A DNA stretch of 64,000 nt from Mobula hypostoma (Eukaryota): NCBI RefSeq assembly GCF_963921235.1, contig NC_086097.1, positions 11,036,001 through 11,100,000 on the forward strand. Direction: 5' to 3'. Every line of letters starts with the position of its first letter. The stretch's first letter is position 1. Below are positions 1 to 11,671 of this stretch, piece by piece. A model generated the notes under the pieces. That model saw nothing but the letters and a program-made list of their open reading frames with translations, was not told where the DNA came from and searched no databases. The position numbers were made by a program, and so were the translations under genes.

Positions 1-84
1 TCTCAGAGTGGAGGCCTGTGACTAGTGGTGTGCCACAGGGATAGAGCTGGGTCCATTGTTATTTATCATCTATATCAATGATCT

Positions 85-138
<54 letters not shown>

Positions 139-141
139 TAG

Positions 142-174
<33 letters not shown>

Positions 175-1200
175 TAACTATCTATCTATCTTTTTATCTA
201 TCTATCTATCATTGTTATTTGTCATCTATATCAGTGATTTGGATGATAATGTGGTAAGTCGGATCAGCAAATTTGCTGATGATACAAATATTGGAGGTGT
301 AGTGGACAGTGAGGAAGGTTTTCAAAGCTTGCAGAGGGATTTGGACCAGCTGGAAAAATAAGCTGAAAAATGGCAGATGGAGTTTAATACAGACAAGTGT
401 GAGGTATTGCACTTCGGAAGGACAAACCAAGGTAGAACATATAAGATAAATGGTAGGGCACTGAGGAGTGCAGTAGAACAGAGGGATCTGGGAATACAGA
501 TAGAAAATTCCCTAAATTTTGTTGTTCCCTAACCTGTGGCGTCACAGGTAGATAGGGTCATAAAGAGAGCTTTTGGTACATTGGCCTTTATAAATCAAAG
601 TATTGAGTATAAGAGTTGGAATGTTATGGTGAGGTTGTATAAGGCATTGTTGGGCCGAATTTGGAGTATTGTGTTCAGTTTTGGTCACCAAATTACAGGA
701 AGGATATTAATAAGGCAGAAAGTGGGCAGAGGATGTTGCCGGGACTTGAGAACTGAGTTACAGAGAAAGGTTGAATAAGTTAGGACTTTATTCCCTGGAG
801 CGTAGAAGAATGAGGGGAGATTTGATAGAGGTATATAAAATTATGATGGGTATAGATAGAGTAAATGAAAGCAGGCTTTTTCCACTGAGGCTAGCGGAGA
901 AAAAACCAGAGGACATGGGTTAAAGGTGAAGGGGGTAAAGTTTAAAGGGAACATTAGTGGGGTCTTCTTCACACAGAGAGTGGTGGGAGTGTGGAATGAG
1001 CTGCCAGATGAAGTGGTAAATGCGGACTCACTTTTAACATTTAAGAAAAACTTAGACAGGTACATGAATGAGAGGTGTATGGAAGTATATGGTCCAGGTG
1101 TAGGTCAGTGGGACTAGGCAGAAAAATGGTTCAGCACAGCCAAGACGGGCCAAAGGGCCTGTTTCTGTGCTGTAATGTTCTATGGTTCTATTGTTCTATC
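1..1200 (+). mobile_element. CR1-clade LINE, 3' fragment (RT C-terminus + 3' UTR), decayed
   Basis: Translates to TSGVPQG, SKFADDT, KCEVLHFG and FFTQRVVGVWNELP (ORF 926-1117); 3' UTR ends in TTCTATGG/TTCTATTG 8-mer tail at ~1178-1199. Confidence 0.9.
85..210. repeat. Compound (GATA/GACA)n followed by (TATC)n microsatellite inside the CR1
   Basis: Directly visible; orientation flips near 170. Confidence 0.95.
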
Positions 1201-2023
1201 AGTACTATGCTCGATAACACTGGCTTTATAGCGTCCAGGGTTGCTCAGTTCTTGATGTCCTGATCATAATATTAATTCAAAAATAGAACAAAGAGTGTAT
1301 TTCCTTGATGTCACGTAGCATTTACCCAAGTGTTGCAGCAAGGAACCCTGCAAAAACAAACTATAGCCAATGGTACCCAGATATCTTTGTGAATAATAAT
1401 GTATGATTCAAATGTAAAGAGACAGACCACTGTTATGAGCAAGAACCTTACCAATGTTGAGGAGCAGAGGGATCTTGGGGCCCAAGTTCATAGCTCCTGG
1501 AAAGTGACTACTCAAGTTGATAGGGCGGTTCAGAAGCCATATGACATGCTGTAATGTGAAGCCTTAGTTTACTTGCCGATTGAAAGCCACTTCCACCTTG
1601 CCAGTTGTTGATTGACCCTTTTGAGGGATGAAGCAGCTCTTTCCCATTGGTTGCCTTGGTCACCATGGCACCAGTGTCCAGTGAAGGGTGCTTCAGGTAT
1701 GTAAGGACAGCAGGTGCAAGAGACTGGCTGGTTTTCCTTTGTCTCCAGGGGCTCCCTCTACACACTGGGGTTGCGACCAGTGCTAAAGAACCATTAGAAA
1801 AATGACTGCAGATACAGGAGGCCTCCATGTGCACTCTTTGTGAAGTATCTGTTTGGGTGAATGTTTCTTTTTGTAGTTGTGCAACTTGGAGAGACCTAAT
1901 GAGGTACTTGTTGAATTTGAAGTGTTACTGAATGTCCAGTGTTGTAGTTTTTTGTGACATAGGGTGGCTTAGATGTTTGTTTGAATGTTTTACTGTTTGT
2001 AAATAAATGATTAATGTGCCTCG

Positions 2024-2238
2024 TAAACACGAGGAATTCTGCAGATGCTGGAAATTCAAGCAACACACATCAAATTTGCTGGTGAACGCAACAGGCCAGT
2101 CAGCATCTCTAGGAAGAGGTACAGTCAAAGTTTCGGGCCGAGTCCTGACGAAGGGTCTTGGCCTGAAACGTCGACTGTACCTCTTTCTAGAGATGCTGCC
2201 TGGCCTGCTGCGTTCACCAGCAAATTTGATGTGTGTTG
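2024..2238. mobile_element. Palindromic non-autonomous Penelope-like (Neptune-type, family A) element with hammerhead motif
   Basis: Two inverted copies of the family-A 3' end; flanked by 14-bp direct repeat TGATTAATGTGCCT (2008-2021, 2237-2250); CTGACGA..GAAACGTC at 2145-2172. Confidence 0.85.
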
Positions 2239-2309
2239 ATTAATGTGCCTATTTGTAGTCAGTGACTTCTGTCTCACTCACCAAACCTGTAAACCTGCTT
2301 CCTCATAAC

Positions 2310-2565
2310 ACACGTTGATGTAAAATTAGAGGAAAAGAATTTGAACAAAGATGAAGGTCTGGCTCTAAGTACGAACTGGAATTCAATTGTAAACCTGATT
2401 AGATGAGGACTAATTGATCAGGAGGGACGGACTGTGGGGGTTATAAATACCACCAGACTAACATGCCCAGGCATCATCCCTAGTGAAGGGGGCAGAGTTT
2501 ATCATCGAAACAGTTAAAATTGACACCTGTATCTGGCTGAAAGCCTGAGAAGAGTTTATTCCTGA
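2310..2565 (+). mobile_element. Penelope-like family B (Poseidon-type) 3' end, decayed
   Basis: Homologous to 19270-19530 and 21700-21895, which follow GIY-YIG coding sequence. Confidence 0.8.
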
Positions 2566-3674
2566 AGATTTTTGTTTTACCCCAGAGGAAGTTTACAATC
2601 TGTATTACATTGCCTGAGAAGGCAGATATTTCCAAAATATTTACAAGATATCTGGATGAGATTTTGAATCTCCTAGGCTATGGAACAAGTGGTAGTAATA
2701 TAGCTGGGTACCAGGGATGGTGAGCATAACATGATGGGCCAAATGGGCTGTCTGTGCTATACGTCCCTGTGACTGATGCAACAGTTAATAACTAGGCCAA
2801 ACTCGAAGCTGAATTCATTCCCTGCACACAGCAGAATTACTCATGTTTAATTCTAGTGCCCATTAGAAGTCATTATGTTGTTGCAGGATATTTTGCCCAT
2901 GTTTCATAAACCCTAGTGCTAATTCAGATCTATTAAAGGAATTATGCAGAATTAATAAAAGAGTTTCAGGTAAGTGATTACAATGATGAACTAGTTTATT
3001 TGCAGTAGCAGTTGAATGGTGCACAAAAAAGATCAGTGCAGTTGATTTTCAATCCTCTGTGAAGTAGTCATTTAGAAAAACTTGTTTTGCCTTCAGCATT
3101 GAAACACAGCTGTGGTTTCAGATCACTGCTGGTGTGTGTGGTCTCTTTAACACACACACGATGAAATTAATTATTTCTGACTGATAACTGCACGCGTAAC
3201 AGCTTTAATTGACAATGGATAAGAGAATCCATTATCCCTGGAGAGTTCAACACAGTCATTTTCAATTATGAGTTCAGGTGTCATTCTCCGAGAAATGATA
3301 AATAGCACAGCCTCTTAAAGCCGCATTCTTCCACAATTTAAATGTAATTATTGCATCCTGCCTGTGGAAATGGCGGGCACAGCTCATAATCATTATGGTG
3401 TAAAACAATAGTGTATTATTGAACAACACAATGCTGTTTGCCAATGCTTAAACACATAAAACCATCATTTATAACTTTCAACAATCGCTATATTTCAAAG
3501 TTGCTTCATTGGCCGTAAAGAACCAGAAGCTGTGAAAAATGCTATTGAATTCAAATCTCTACCTTTCCAGTTGCTAATATTTCTCCCTTGTCGTCATAGT
3601 GCCAGCACTTCAAGGCCATACATGAATCGCCAGACCTTGTGCCAGTGAATTGCGAGGATCTTTTGTCCCCACTT

Positions 3675-3920
3675 CCATTTTATTTTATTTAGAGATACAG
3701 CGCAGAACAGGCTCTTCCAGCCCAATCAACTGCACCACACAGAAACCCACCTATTTAACCTTAGCCTAATAACAGATCAATTTACAATGACCCAGTAACC
3801 TACTGTGGAATGTGGGAGCACCCAGAGGAAACCCACATGCTTATGGGAAGGACATGCAAATATGCTGTAGACAGCGCCGGAACTGAACTCTGAACTCTGA
3901 TGCCCTGAGTTGTGATAGTG
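3675..3920 (-). mobile_element. HE1-like V-SINE
   Basis: Reverse complement has the V-domain core GTGGGTTTCCTCTGGGTGCTCC; similar to copies at 47.5, 52.2, 57.3 and 63.4 kb. Confidence 0.75.
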
Positions 3921-4109
3921 TCTGTAGGAGCCAAGAATCTATATTCTGCCTGTATTGTAATTTGTGAGGCATTTATTATAGTAATCTCTCACCTGGGTTA
4001 GGGCTTGGTAGAAGCAGATGAGTATAGTTGTAAATTGATGCTTTGTCTTAGTGTAGTTTAGTCTAGTAGAGAGGAAGTGAGCCACGGGAAATGATATCTT
4101 TGCTGACCA

Positions 4110-4450
4110 TCGATTAGAACACTTAAATATATCGCTAACTTCACTAATTGGAACACTAACTTTGCTAATTAGAACACTTAGTTATCCTATTACACTGCTT
4201 AGTATCCTAATATCACTATTAGACTGTTACATAGCAAATTTAGTTTTTTTAGATTTTAATTGCTACAAGATCGTTTGTCTTTGCTGGTTTGCTGATAAAG
4301 GAAACATGCCTCTCTTGTTTTGGAAATTGGTTATTTGGAAGTGCGTCATACATTTTCGGGTACCCTGGCTTTGTCTCGCAGCAGTGTTTGGTTTGTTTGC
4401 GAGTCATCTCTACAGTGTAACTAGCTGCTAAATTACCATGGTGCCCATTA
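4110..4450. repeat. Unclassified dispersed repeat, copy 1 (copy 2 at 54762-55040)
   Basis: Shared blocks ATATCGCTAACTTC, CTACAAGAT, TTTGGAAG.G.GTCATA, GCTTTGTCTC.CAGC and TTTGGTTTGTTT in the same order. Confidence 0.7.
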
Positions 4451-4567
4451 TTATTTATAAATGATGCAGCAATATTATGGAAAGAGGAAATTAATAAATT
4501 GTTTTTTATTGTCGTCTGTAACAAATTAAGATATAATTTATATATATACATGCTCACTGTAATTGTT

Positions 4568-4882
4568 TTAGAAAAACATAGAAACATAGAAAACCCACAG
4601 CACAATACAGGCCCTTCGGCTCACAAAGCTGTGCCGAACATGTCCCTACCTTAGAAATTACCTAGGGTTACCTGTAGCCCTCTATTTTTCTAAGCTCCAT
4701 GCACCTATCCAGGGGTCTCTTAAAAGACCCTATCATATCTGCCTCCACCACCGTCACCAGCAGCCCATCCCATGCACTCACCACTCTCTGTGTAAAAAAA
4801 CTTACCCCTGACATCTCCTCCGTACCTACTTCCAAGCACCTTAAAACTGTGCCCTCTTGTGTTAGCCGTTTCAGCCCTGGGA
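4568..4882 (-). mobile_element. CR1 3' end
   Basis: Minus strand TRGHSFKVLGSRY..KFF; (AGAAACAT)n tail at ~4570-4592. Confidence 0.85.
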
Positions 4883-4949
4883 AGAAGAATAATAATGAAA
4901 ATCATTGTTTTGCAAATCATTGATACAGGTCATTCCATCTCATTGAGAA

Positions 4950-5875
4950 AGTCAAACAGAAAAGCCATAACAGAATGCAGAATATGGTGTTATAGTTATG
5001 GAGAAAGTGCAGTGCAGACAGACAATAAGGTTCAAACCCATAATGAAGTAGATTAAAAGAATTATCATAGTCCAATTTATCACAGTTGGTGGCCATTCAA
5101 AGGGCTTACAGCAGTGGTATAGAAGCTGTCTTTGAGCCTGGTGGTATGTGCTTTGTGGCTTTTGCATCTTCTGCCTGACTGGGGGGGGGGGCAGGGTAGA
5201 AGAAAGACTGTCCACAATGAGTGGGTTTAATTCTGTTGATTCTGTTGAGGCAGCGAGAAGCGTGGGCAGAGTGTATAGAGAGAAGCAACACACATCAAAG
5301 TTGCTGGTGAACACAGCAGGCCAGGCAGCATCTGTAGGAAGAAGTGCAGTCGACATTTCAGGCCGAGACCCTTCGTCAGGACTAACTGAAGGAAGAGTGA
5401 ATAAGGGATTTGAAAGTTGGAGGGGGAGGGGGAGATCCAAAATGATAGGAGAAGACAGGAGGGGAGGGATGGAGCCGAGAGCTGGACAGGTGATAGGCAA
5501 AAGGGGATACGAGAGGATCATGGGACAGGAGGTCCGAGAAGAAAGACAAGGAGGTGGGGGGACCCAGAGGATGGGCAAGAGGTATATTCAGAGGGACAGA
5601 GGGAGAAAAAGGAGAGTGAGAGAAAGAATGTGTGCATAAAAATAAGTAACAGATGGGGTACCAGGGGGAGGTGGGGCCTTAGCGGAAGTTAGAGAAGTCG
5701 ATGTTCATGCCATCAGGTTGGAGGCTACGCAGACGGAATATAAGGTGTTGTTCCTCCAACCTGAGTGTGGCTCCAACCTGAACGTATAGAGAGAAGACTG
5801 GTTTGTGCGATGTGCTGAGCTGTGCCCACAGCCCTCCGGCAAAGCAGTTGCTGCACCAAGCCATAATGTATCCAG
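4950..5875 (-). mobile_element. Rex1/Babar- or L2-group LINE 3' fragment, interrupted by a Penelope-like insertion
   Basis: 3' UTR similar to other copies (17.4, 48.3, 54.5 kb); host sequence resumes after the TSD at 5796. Confidence 0.55.
5286..5783 (-). mobile_element. Neptune-type Penelope-like element, 3' part (GIY-YIG tail + 3' UTR + hammerhead)
   Basis: ORF 5679-5864 ends LRLEEQHLIFRLRSLQPDGMNIDFSNFR; 13-bp TSD GTATAGAGAGAAG (5273-5285, 5784-5796). Confidence 0.88.
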
Positions 5876-6094
5876 CTTCAGAAAAATCTAATAATAAACC
5901 TCAGGTAGCAAGAGCAACACACAAATTGTGGAAGAACTCTACAGATCAGGCAGCATCTATGGTTGATGTTTTGAGTCAGGACCCTTCATTTGGACTGCTG
6001 TACCCAGGAAAAACACATGGCTGTAGTAGCAATTCTCGTTGAGAGTGTCATCGAAAAGCAAGGGATCAGTAGAAATCTTAAAGAGGAAGCAGTG

Positions 6095-9000
6095 GGAGAA
6101 GGTCTCTCAGACCTACCACCACAGAAAGTGCAAAACAATTGGTTGGGGGGTGGGAATCAAATTAAAGAGACGAGGAGAGAGGAGGTTATTTCACAACAGG
6201 GGGATGGGAACAAGTGCAGAGAGACAGAGGGGTGTAAAATGAGGGTAGAAGTAAAAAGCAGTAAGGTGAAAAGTAAAAGTGGCAGGCCGGCAAATCCAGG
6301 ACAAAAATCAAAAAGAGCCACTTTTCAACATAATTGTATAAGGGCTAAGAGTGTTGTAAAAGCAAGCCCGAAGGCTTTGTATGTCAATGCAAGGAGCATT
6401 CATAACAAGGTGGATGAATTAAAAGTGCAGATTATTATTAATGAATATGATATAGTTGGGATCACAGAGACATGGCTCCAGGGTGACCAAGGCTGGGAGC
6501 TCAACATTCAGGGATATTCAATATTCAGGAGGGATAGACATGAAAGAAAAGGAGGTGGGGTAGCATTGCTGGTTAGAGAGGAGATTAATGCAATAGAAAG
6601 GAAGGATGTTAGCCGGGAGGATGTGGAATCGATATGGGTAGAGCTGCATAACACTAAGGGGCAGAAAACGCTGGTGGGAGTTGTGTACAGGCCACCTAAC
6701 AGTAGCAGTGAGGTTGGGGATGGTATTAAACAGGAAATTAGAAATGTGTGCAATAAAAGAACAGCAGTTATAATGGATGACTTCAATCTACATATAGATT
6801 GGGTGAAGCAAATTGGTAAGGGTGCTGAGGAAGAGGATTTCTTGGAATGTATGCGGGATGGTTTTTTGAACCAACATGTCGAAGAACCAACAAGAGAGCA
6901 GGCTATTCTAGACTGGGTATTGAGCAATGAGGAAGGGTTAATTAGCAATCTTGTCATGAGAGGCCCCTTGGGTAAGAGTGACCATAATATGGTGGAATTC
7001 TTCATTAAGATGGAGCGTGACATAGTTAATTCAGAAACAAAGATTCTGAACTTAAAGAAGGGTAACTTTGAAGGTATAAGACGTGAATTAGCTAAGATAG
7101 ACTGGCAAATGACACTTAAAGGGTTGACGGTGGATATGCAATGGCAAGTATTTAAAGATCGCATGGATGAACTACAACAATTGTTCATCCCAGTTTGTCA
7201 AAAGAATAAATCAAGGAAGGTAGTGCACCCATGGCTGACAAGGGAAATTAGGGGTAGTATCAATTCCAGAGAAGAAGCATACAAATTAGCCAGAAAATGT
7301 GGCTCACCTGAGGACTGGGAGAAATTCAGAGTCCAGCAGAGGAGGGCAAAGGGTTTAATTAGGAAAGGGAAAAAAGATTATGAGAGAAAACTGGCAGGGA
7401 ACATAAAAACTGACTGTAAAATCTTTTATAGATATGTGAAAAGAAAAAGATTGGTTAAGGTCCCCTACAGACAGATACAGGTGAATTGATTATGGGGAGC
7501 AAGGACATGGCAGACCAATTGAATAACTACTTTGGTTCTGTCTTCACTAAGGAGGACATAAATAATCTTCCGGAAATAGTAGGGGACAGAGGGTCCAGTA
7601 AGATGGAGGAACTGAGGGAAATACATGTTAGTAGGGAAGTGGTGTTAGGTAAATTGAAGGGATTGAAGGCAGATAAATCCCCAGGGCCAGATGGTCTGCA
7701 TCCCAGAGTGCTTAAAGAAGTAGCCCAAGAAATAGTGGATGCATTAGTGATAATTTTTCAAAACTCTTTAGATTCTGGACTAGTTCCTGAGGATTGGAGG
7801 GTGGCTAATGTAACCCCACTTTTTAAAAAAGGTGGGGGAAAGAAACCGGGGAATTATAGACCGGTTAGCCTAATGTCGGTGGTGGGGAAACTGCTGGAGT
7901 CAGTTATCAAAGATGTAATAACAGCACATTTGGAAAGCGGTGAAATGATCGGACAAAGTCAGCATGGATTTGTGGAAGGAAAATCATGTCTGACGAATCT
8001 CATAGAATTTTTTGAGGATGTAACTGGTAGAGTGGATAGGGGAGAACCAGTGGATGTGGTATATTTGGATTTTCAAAAGGCTTTTGACAAGGTCCCACAC
8101 AGGAGATGAGTGTGCAAACTTAAAGCACATGGTATTGGGGGTAAGGTATTGATGTGGATAGAGAATTGGTTAGCAGACAGGAAGCAAAGAGTGGGAATAA
8201 ACGGGACCTTTTCAGAATGGCAGGCAGTGACTAGTGGGGTACCGCAAGGCTCAGTGCTGGGACCCCAGTTGTTTACAATATATATTAATGACTTGGATGA
8301 GGGAATTAAATGCAGCATCTCCAAGTTTGCGGATGACACAAAGCTGGGCGGCAGTGTTAGCTGTGAGGAGGATGCTAAGAGGATGCAGGGTGACTTGGAT
8401 AGGTTGGGTGAGTGGGCAAATTCATGGCAGATGCAATTTAATGTGGATAAATGTGAGGTTATCCACTTTGGTGGCAAGAACAGGAAAACAGATTATTATC
8501 TGAATGGTGGCCGATTAGGAAAAGGAGAAGTGCAACGAGACCTGGTGTCATTATACACCAGTCATTGAAAGTGGGCATGCAGGTACAGCAGGTGGTGAAA
8601 AAAGCGAATGTTATTCTGGCATTCATAGCAATAGGATTCGAGTACAGGAGCAGAGAGGTACTACTGCAGTTGTACAAGGCCTTGGTGAGACCACACCTGG
8701 AGTATTGTGTGCAGTTTTGGTCCCCTAATCTGAGGAAAGGCACCCTTGCCATAGAGGGAGTACAAAGAAAGTTCACCAGATTGATTCCTGGGATGGCAGG
8801 ACTTTCATATGATGAAAGACTGGATCGACTAGGCTTATACTCGTTAGAATTTAGAAGATTGAGGGGGGATCTTATTGAAACGTATAAAATCCTAAAGGGA
8901 TTGGACAGGCTAGATGCAGGAAGATTGTTCCCGATGTTGGGGAAGTCCAGAACGAGGGGTCACAGTTTGAGGATAAAGGGGAAGCCTTTTAGGACCGAGG

Positions 9001-9260
9001 TTAGGAAAAACTTCTTCACACAGAGAGTGGTGAATCTGTGGAATTCTCTGCCACAGGAAACAGTTGAGGCCAGTTCATTGGCTATATTTAAGAGGGAGTT
9101 GGATATGGCCCTTGTGGCTAAAGGGATCGGGGGTATGGAGGGAAGGCTGGTACAGGGTTCTGAGTTGGATGATCAGCCATGATCATACTGAATGGTGGTG
9201 CAGGCTTGAAGGGCCGAATGGCCTACTCCTGCACCTATTTTCTATGTTTCTATGTTTCTA
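6095..9260 (+). mobile_element. CR1 LINE with near-complete but disrupted ORF2 (APE endonuclease + reverse transcriptase)
   Basis: EN motifs YVNARS, GITETWL, GGGVALLV, VYRPP, SDHN; RT motifs KSPGPDG, YRPVSL, QHGF, YLDFQKAFDKVPH, GVPQGSVLGP, FADDTK; frameshift ~7460, stop 8107-8109, frameshift ~8545; (CTATGTTT)n tail. Confidence 0.96.
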
Positions 9261-9304
9261 ATTCTTCAAAGTGGGCATACCTTGGAGAGACCTTGAGGGA
9301 GATT

Positions 9305-9378
9305 TGGCGTAATGGTAATTACCGCTGTATCAGTAACCCAGAGACTGAGTTATAAGCTGGAGACATGAGTTCAAATCC
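9305..9378 (+). promoter_or_regulatory. tRNA-type RNA Pol III internal promoter (A and B boxes)
   Basis: A box TGGCGTAATGG 9305-9315; B box GTTCAAATCC 9369-9378. Confidence 0.65.
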
Positions 9379-10042
9379 CGCCATGGCAGATGGTGAATTT
9401 GAATTCAATAAAAGTATCTGATGACCATGAAACCATGTGGATTATCGTAAAAACCCATCTGGTTCACTAATGTCCTTTAGGGGAAGAATCCTACTGTCCT
9501 TATTTGGTCTGGCCTATATGTGACTCCAGACCCACAGCAATGTGGTTGACTCTTAAATGCCCTCTCAAAACGGCCGAGCAAGGCATTCAGTTGTATCCAA
9601 CCGCTAAAAAGAAAACAGTAACGAATGAACCTGGACCGTCTACCCAGCATTGACCTAGGCACTGGAAACAACAACAGCAAAACCAGCCTTGTCGAACCTG
9701 CAAAGTTCTCCTAACTAACATCTGGGGACTCATGCCAAAGTTGGGAGAGCTGTCTCACAGACTAGTCAAGCAACAGCCTGACATAGTTGTACTGAGAGAA
9801 TCAGACCTTACAGTTAACATTCTGGACTCCACTATCACCATTCCTGGGTACGTACTGTCTCATCGGCAGGACAGATCCAGCACAGTGGTATATAGTAGAG
9901 AGGGAGTTGCTCTGGCAACTCTCAACATTGACTCTGGACCCCATGAAGTCGCATGACACCAGTTAAACATGGGCAAGGAAACCTCCTGCTGATTACCACG
10001 TCCCGGCCTCCCTCAGCTGATGAATCAGTACTTCTCCATGTT

Positions 10043-10728
10043 GATTAGATTAGATTATGAGAACACTCAGCCCTCGTTTATTGTCATTTAGAAATGCATG
10101 CATGCATTAAGAAACGATACAATGTTCCTCCAGAGTGATATCACAGAAAAACAGGACAAACCAAAGACTAACACTGGCAGAACCACATAATTATAATGTA
10201 TAGTAACAGCAGTGCAAAGCAATACCATAATTTGATTAAGAACAGACGATGGGCACTGTAAAAAAGTCTCAAAGTCCCGAGTCGATCGACTCCCGAGTCC
10301 CCGATAGCAGGCAGCAAAGGGAGAAACTGCCTGCCATAAACCTCCAGGCACCGATGACTGCCGATGCATTGGAAGCACCCAACCATAGCCGACACTAAGT
10401 CCGTTCGTCCGAAAACTTCGAGCCTCCGACCAGCCCCTCCGATACAGCCTCCCGAGTGCCATCCTCTGACGAGCACCTTCGACGTCGCCCCGGCCACCGA
10501 AACACGCAAAGCCGAGGATTCGGGGCCTTCTCCTCCGGAGATTCCGGTTACCACACAGTAACAGTGGCAGCGAAGCGGGCATTTCAGAAGTTTCTCCAGA
10601 TGTTCCTCCGTACTCTCACGTCTGTCTCCATCAAATCAGAATTGTGCACGGTCCCCTACTTGACAAATAACAGACATCACCACCGAAGTGGCCGTGCGCA
10701 CTGCGTCGCGCCGCCATCTTCTCCTCCC
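10043..10728 (-). mobile_element. Non-coding SINE-like element (family S1), full length, CpG-rich
   Basis: 5' GGGAGGAGAAGATGGCGGC; 3' AATGACAATAAA..(TCTAA)n; homologues at 15345, 28999 and 32416. Confidence 0.85.
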
Positions 10729-11671
10729 CCCAGTGAGCAGCACTTGCAGGAGGTATTGAGGGTGACAAGGGCACAGAACATACTCTGGGCGGGGGACGTC
10801 AATGATCATCACCAAGAGTGCTTGTTAGCACCACCACGGACTGGGCTGATCAGGTCCTGCTGGGCAGAGCTGCTAGGCTGGGACTAGAGCGGGTGGTGAG
10901 GGAACCAACAAAAGAGAAAAACACAGTTGACTTCATTTTCACTAGCCTGCCTGCCGTGGAAGCATCTGTCCATGGCAATATTGGTAGAGGTGAGTACCAC
11001 ACAGTATCTGTTGAGGCTAAATCCCTTTTCCATAGCGATGAAACCCTCCACTGTATTGTATGGCACTACCACTGTGTTAAATGGGATAGACCGAACAGAT
11101 CTGGCAGCCCAAGACTGGACATCTATGAGGCACTGTGGGCCATGAACAGCAGCATTATTGCACTCAACTACAATATGTAACCCTATGGCCCAGCATATCC
11201 CCCACTCTACAATGGTCACCAGGCCAGGGAATCAACCATGGTTCAATGAAGAGTGCAGGAGGGCATACTGAGAACAACACCAGCCGTACCTCAATATGAG
11301 CCGTCACTCTGGTGAAGCCATAATACAGGACTACTTGCATGTCAGACACCATAAGCAGCAGGTAATAGACAGAGCAAAGTGGCCCCACAACTAACGGATC
11401 AGATCTAAGCTCTGTAGTCCTGCCACATCCAGCCGTGAATGGTGGTGGACAATCAAACAGCCCACTGGAAGAGGAGACTCCACTAATATTCTCATCCTCA
11501 ATGATAGAGGAGCCCAGCACACCTGTGGAAAAGATAAGGCTGAGGCATTTGCAACAATCTTCAGTCAGAGGTGTTGAGTAGAAGATCCAGCTCAGACTCC
11601 CTCAGAAGTCTCCAACATCCTAGATGTCAGAATGCAGCCAATCAGATTCACTCCACGTGAAAGCACTGGAT

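Noticed and set aside
4952..5692. Recurrent ORFs such as 'PLPRDAAWPAAFTS' / 'MLVNAAGQAASLG' as a gene family
   Set aside because: Incidental translations of the non-coding Penelope 3' UTR in many copies
6508..7188. 226-aa minus-strand ORF
   Set aside because: Antisense shadow of the CR1 endonuclease frame
9305..9385. tRNA gene
   Set aside because: A/B boxes are present but I could not build a cloverleaf or find a T-run terminator; it reads as a retroelement head
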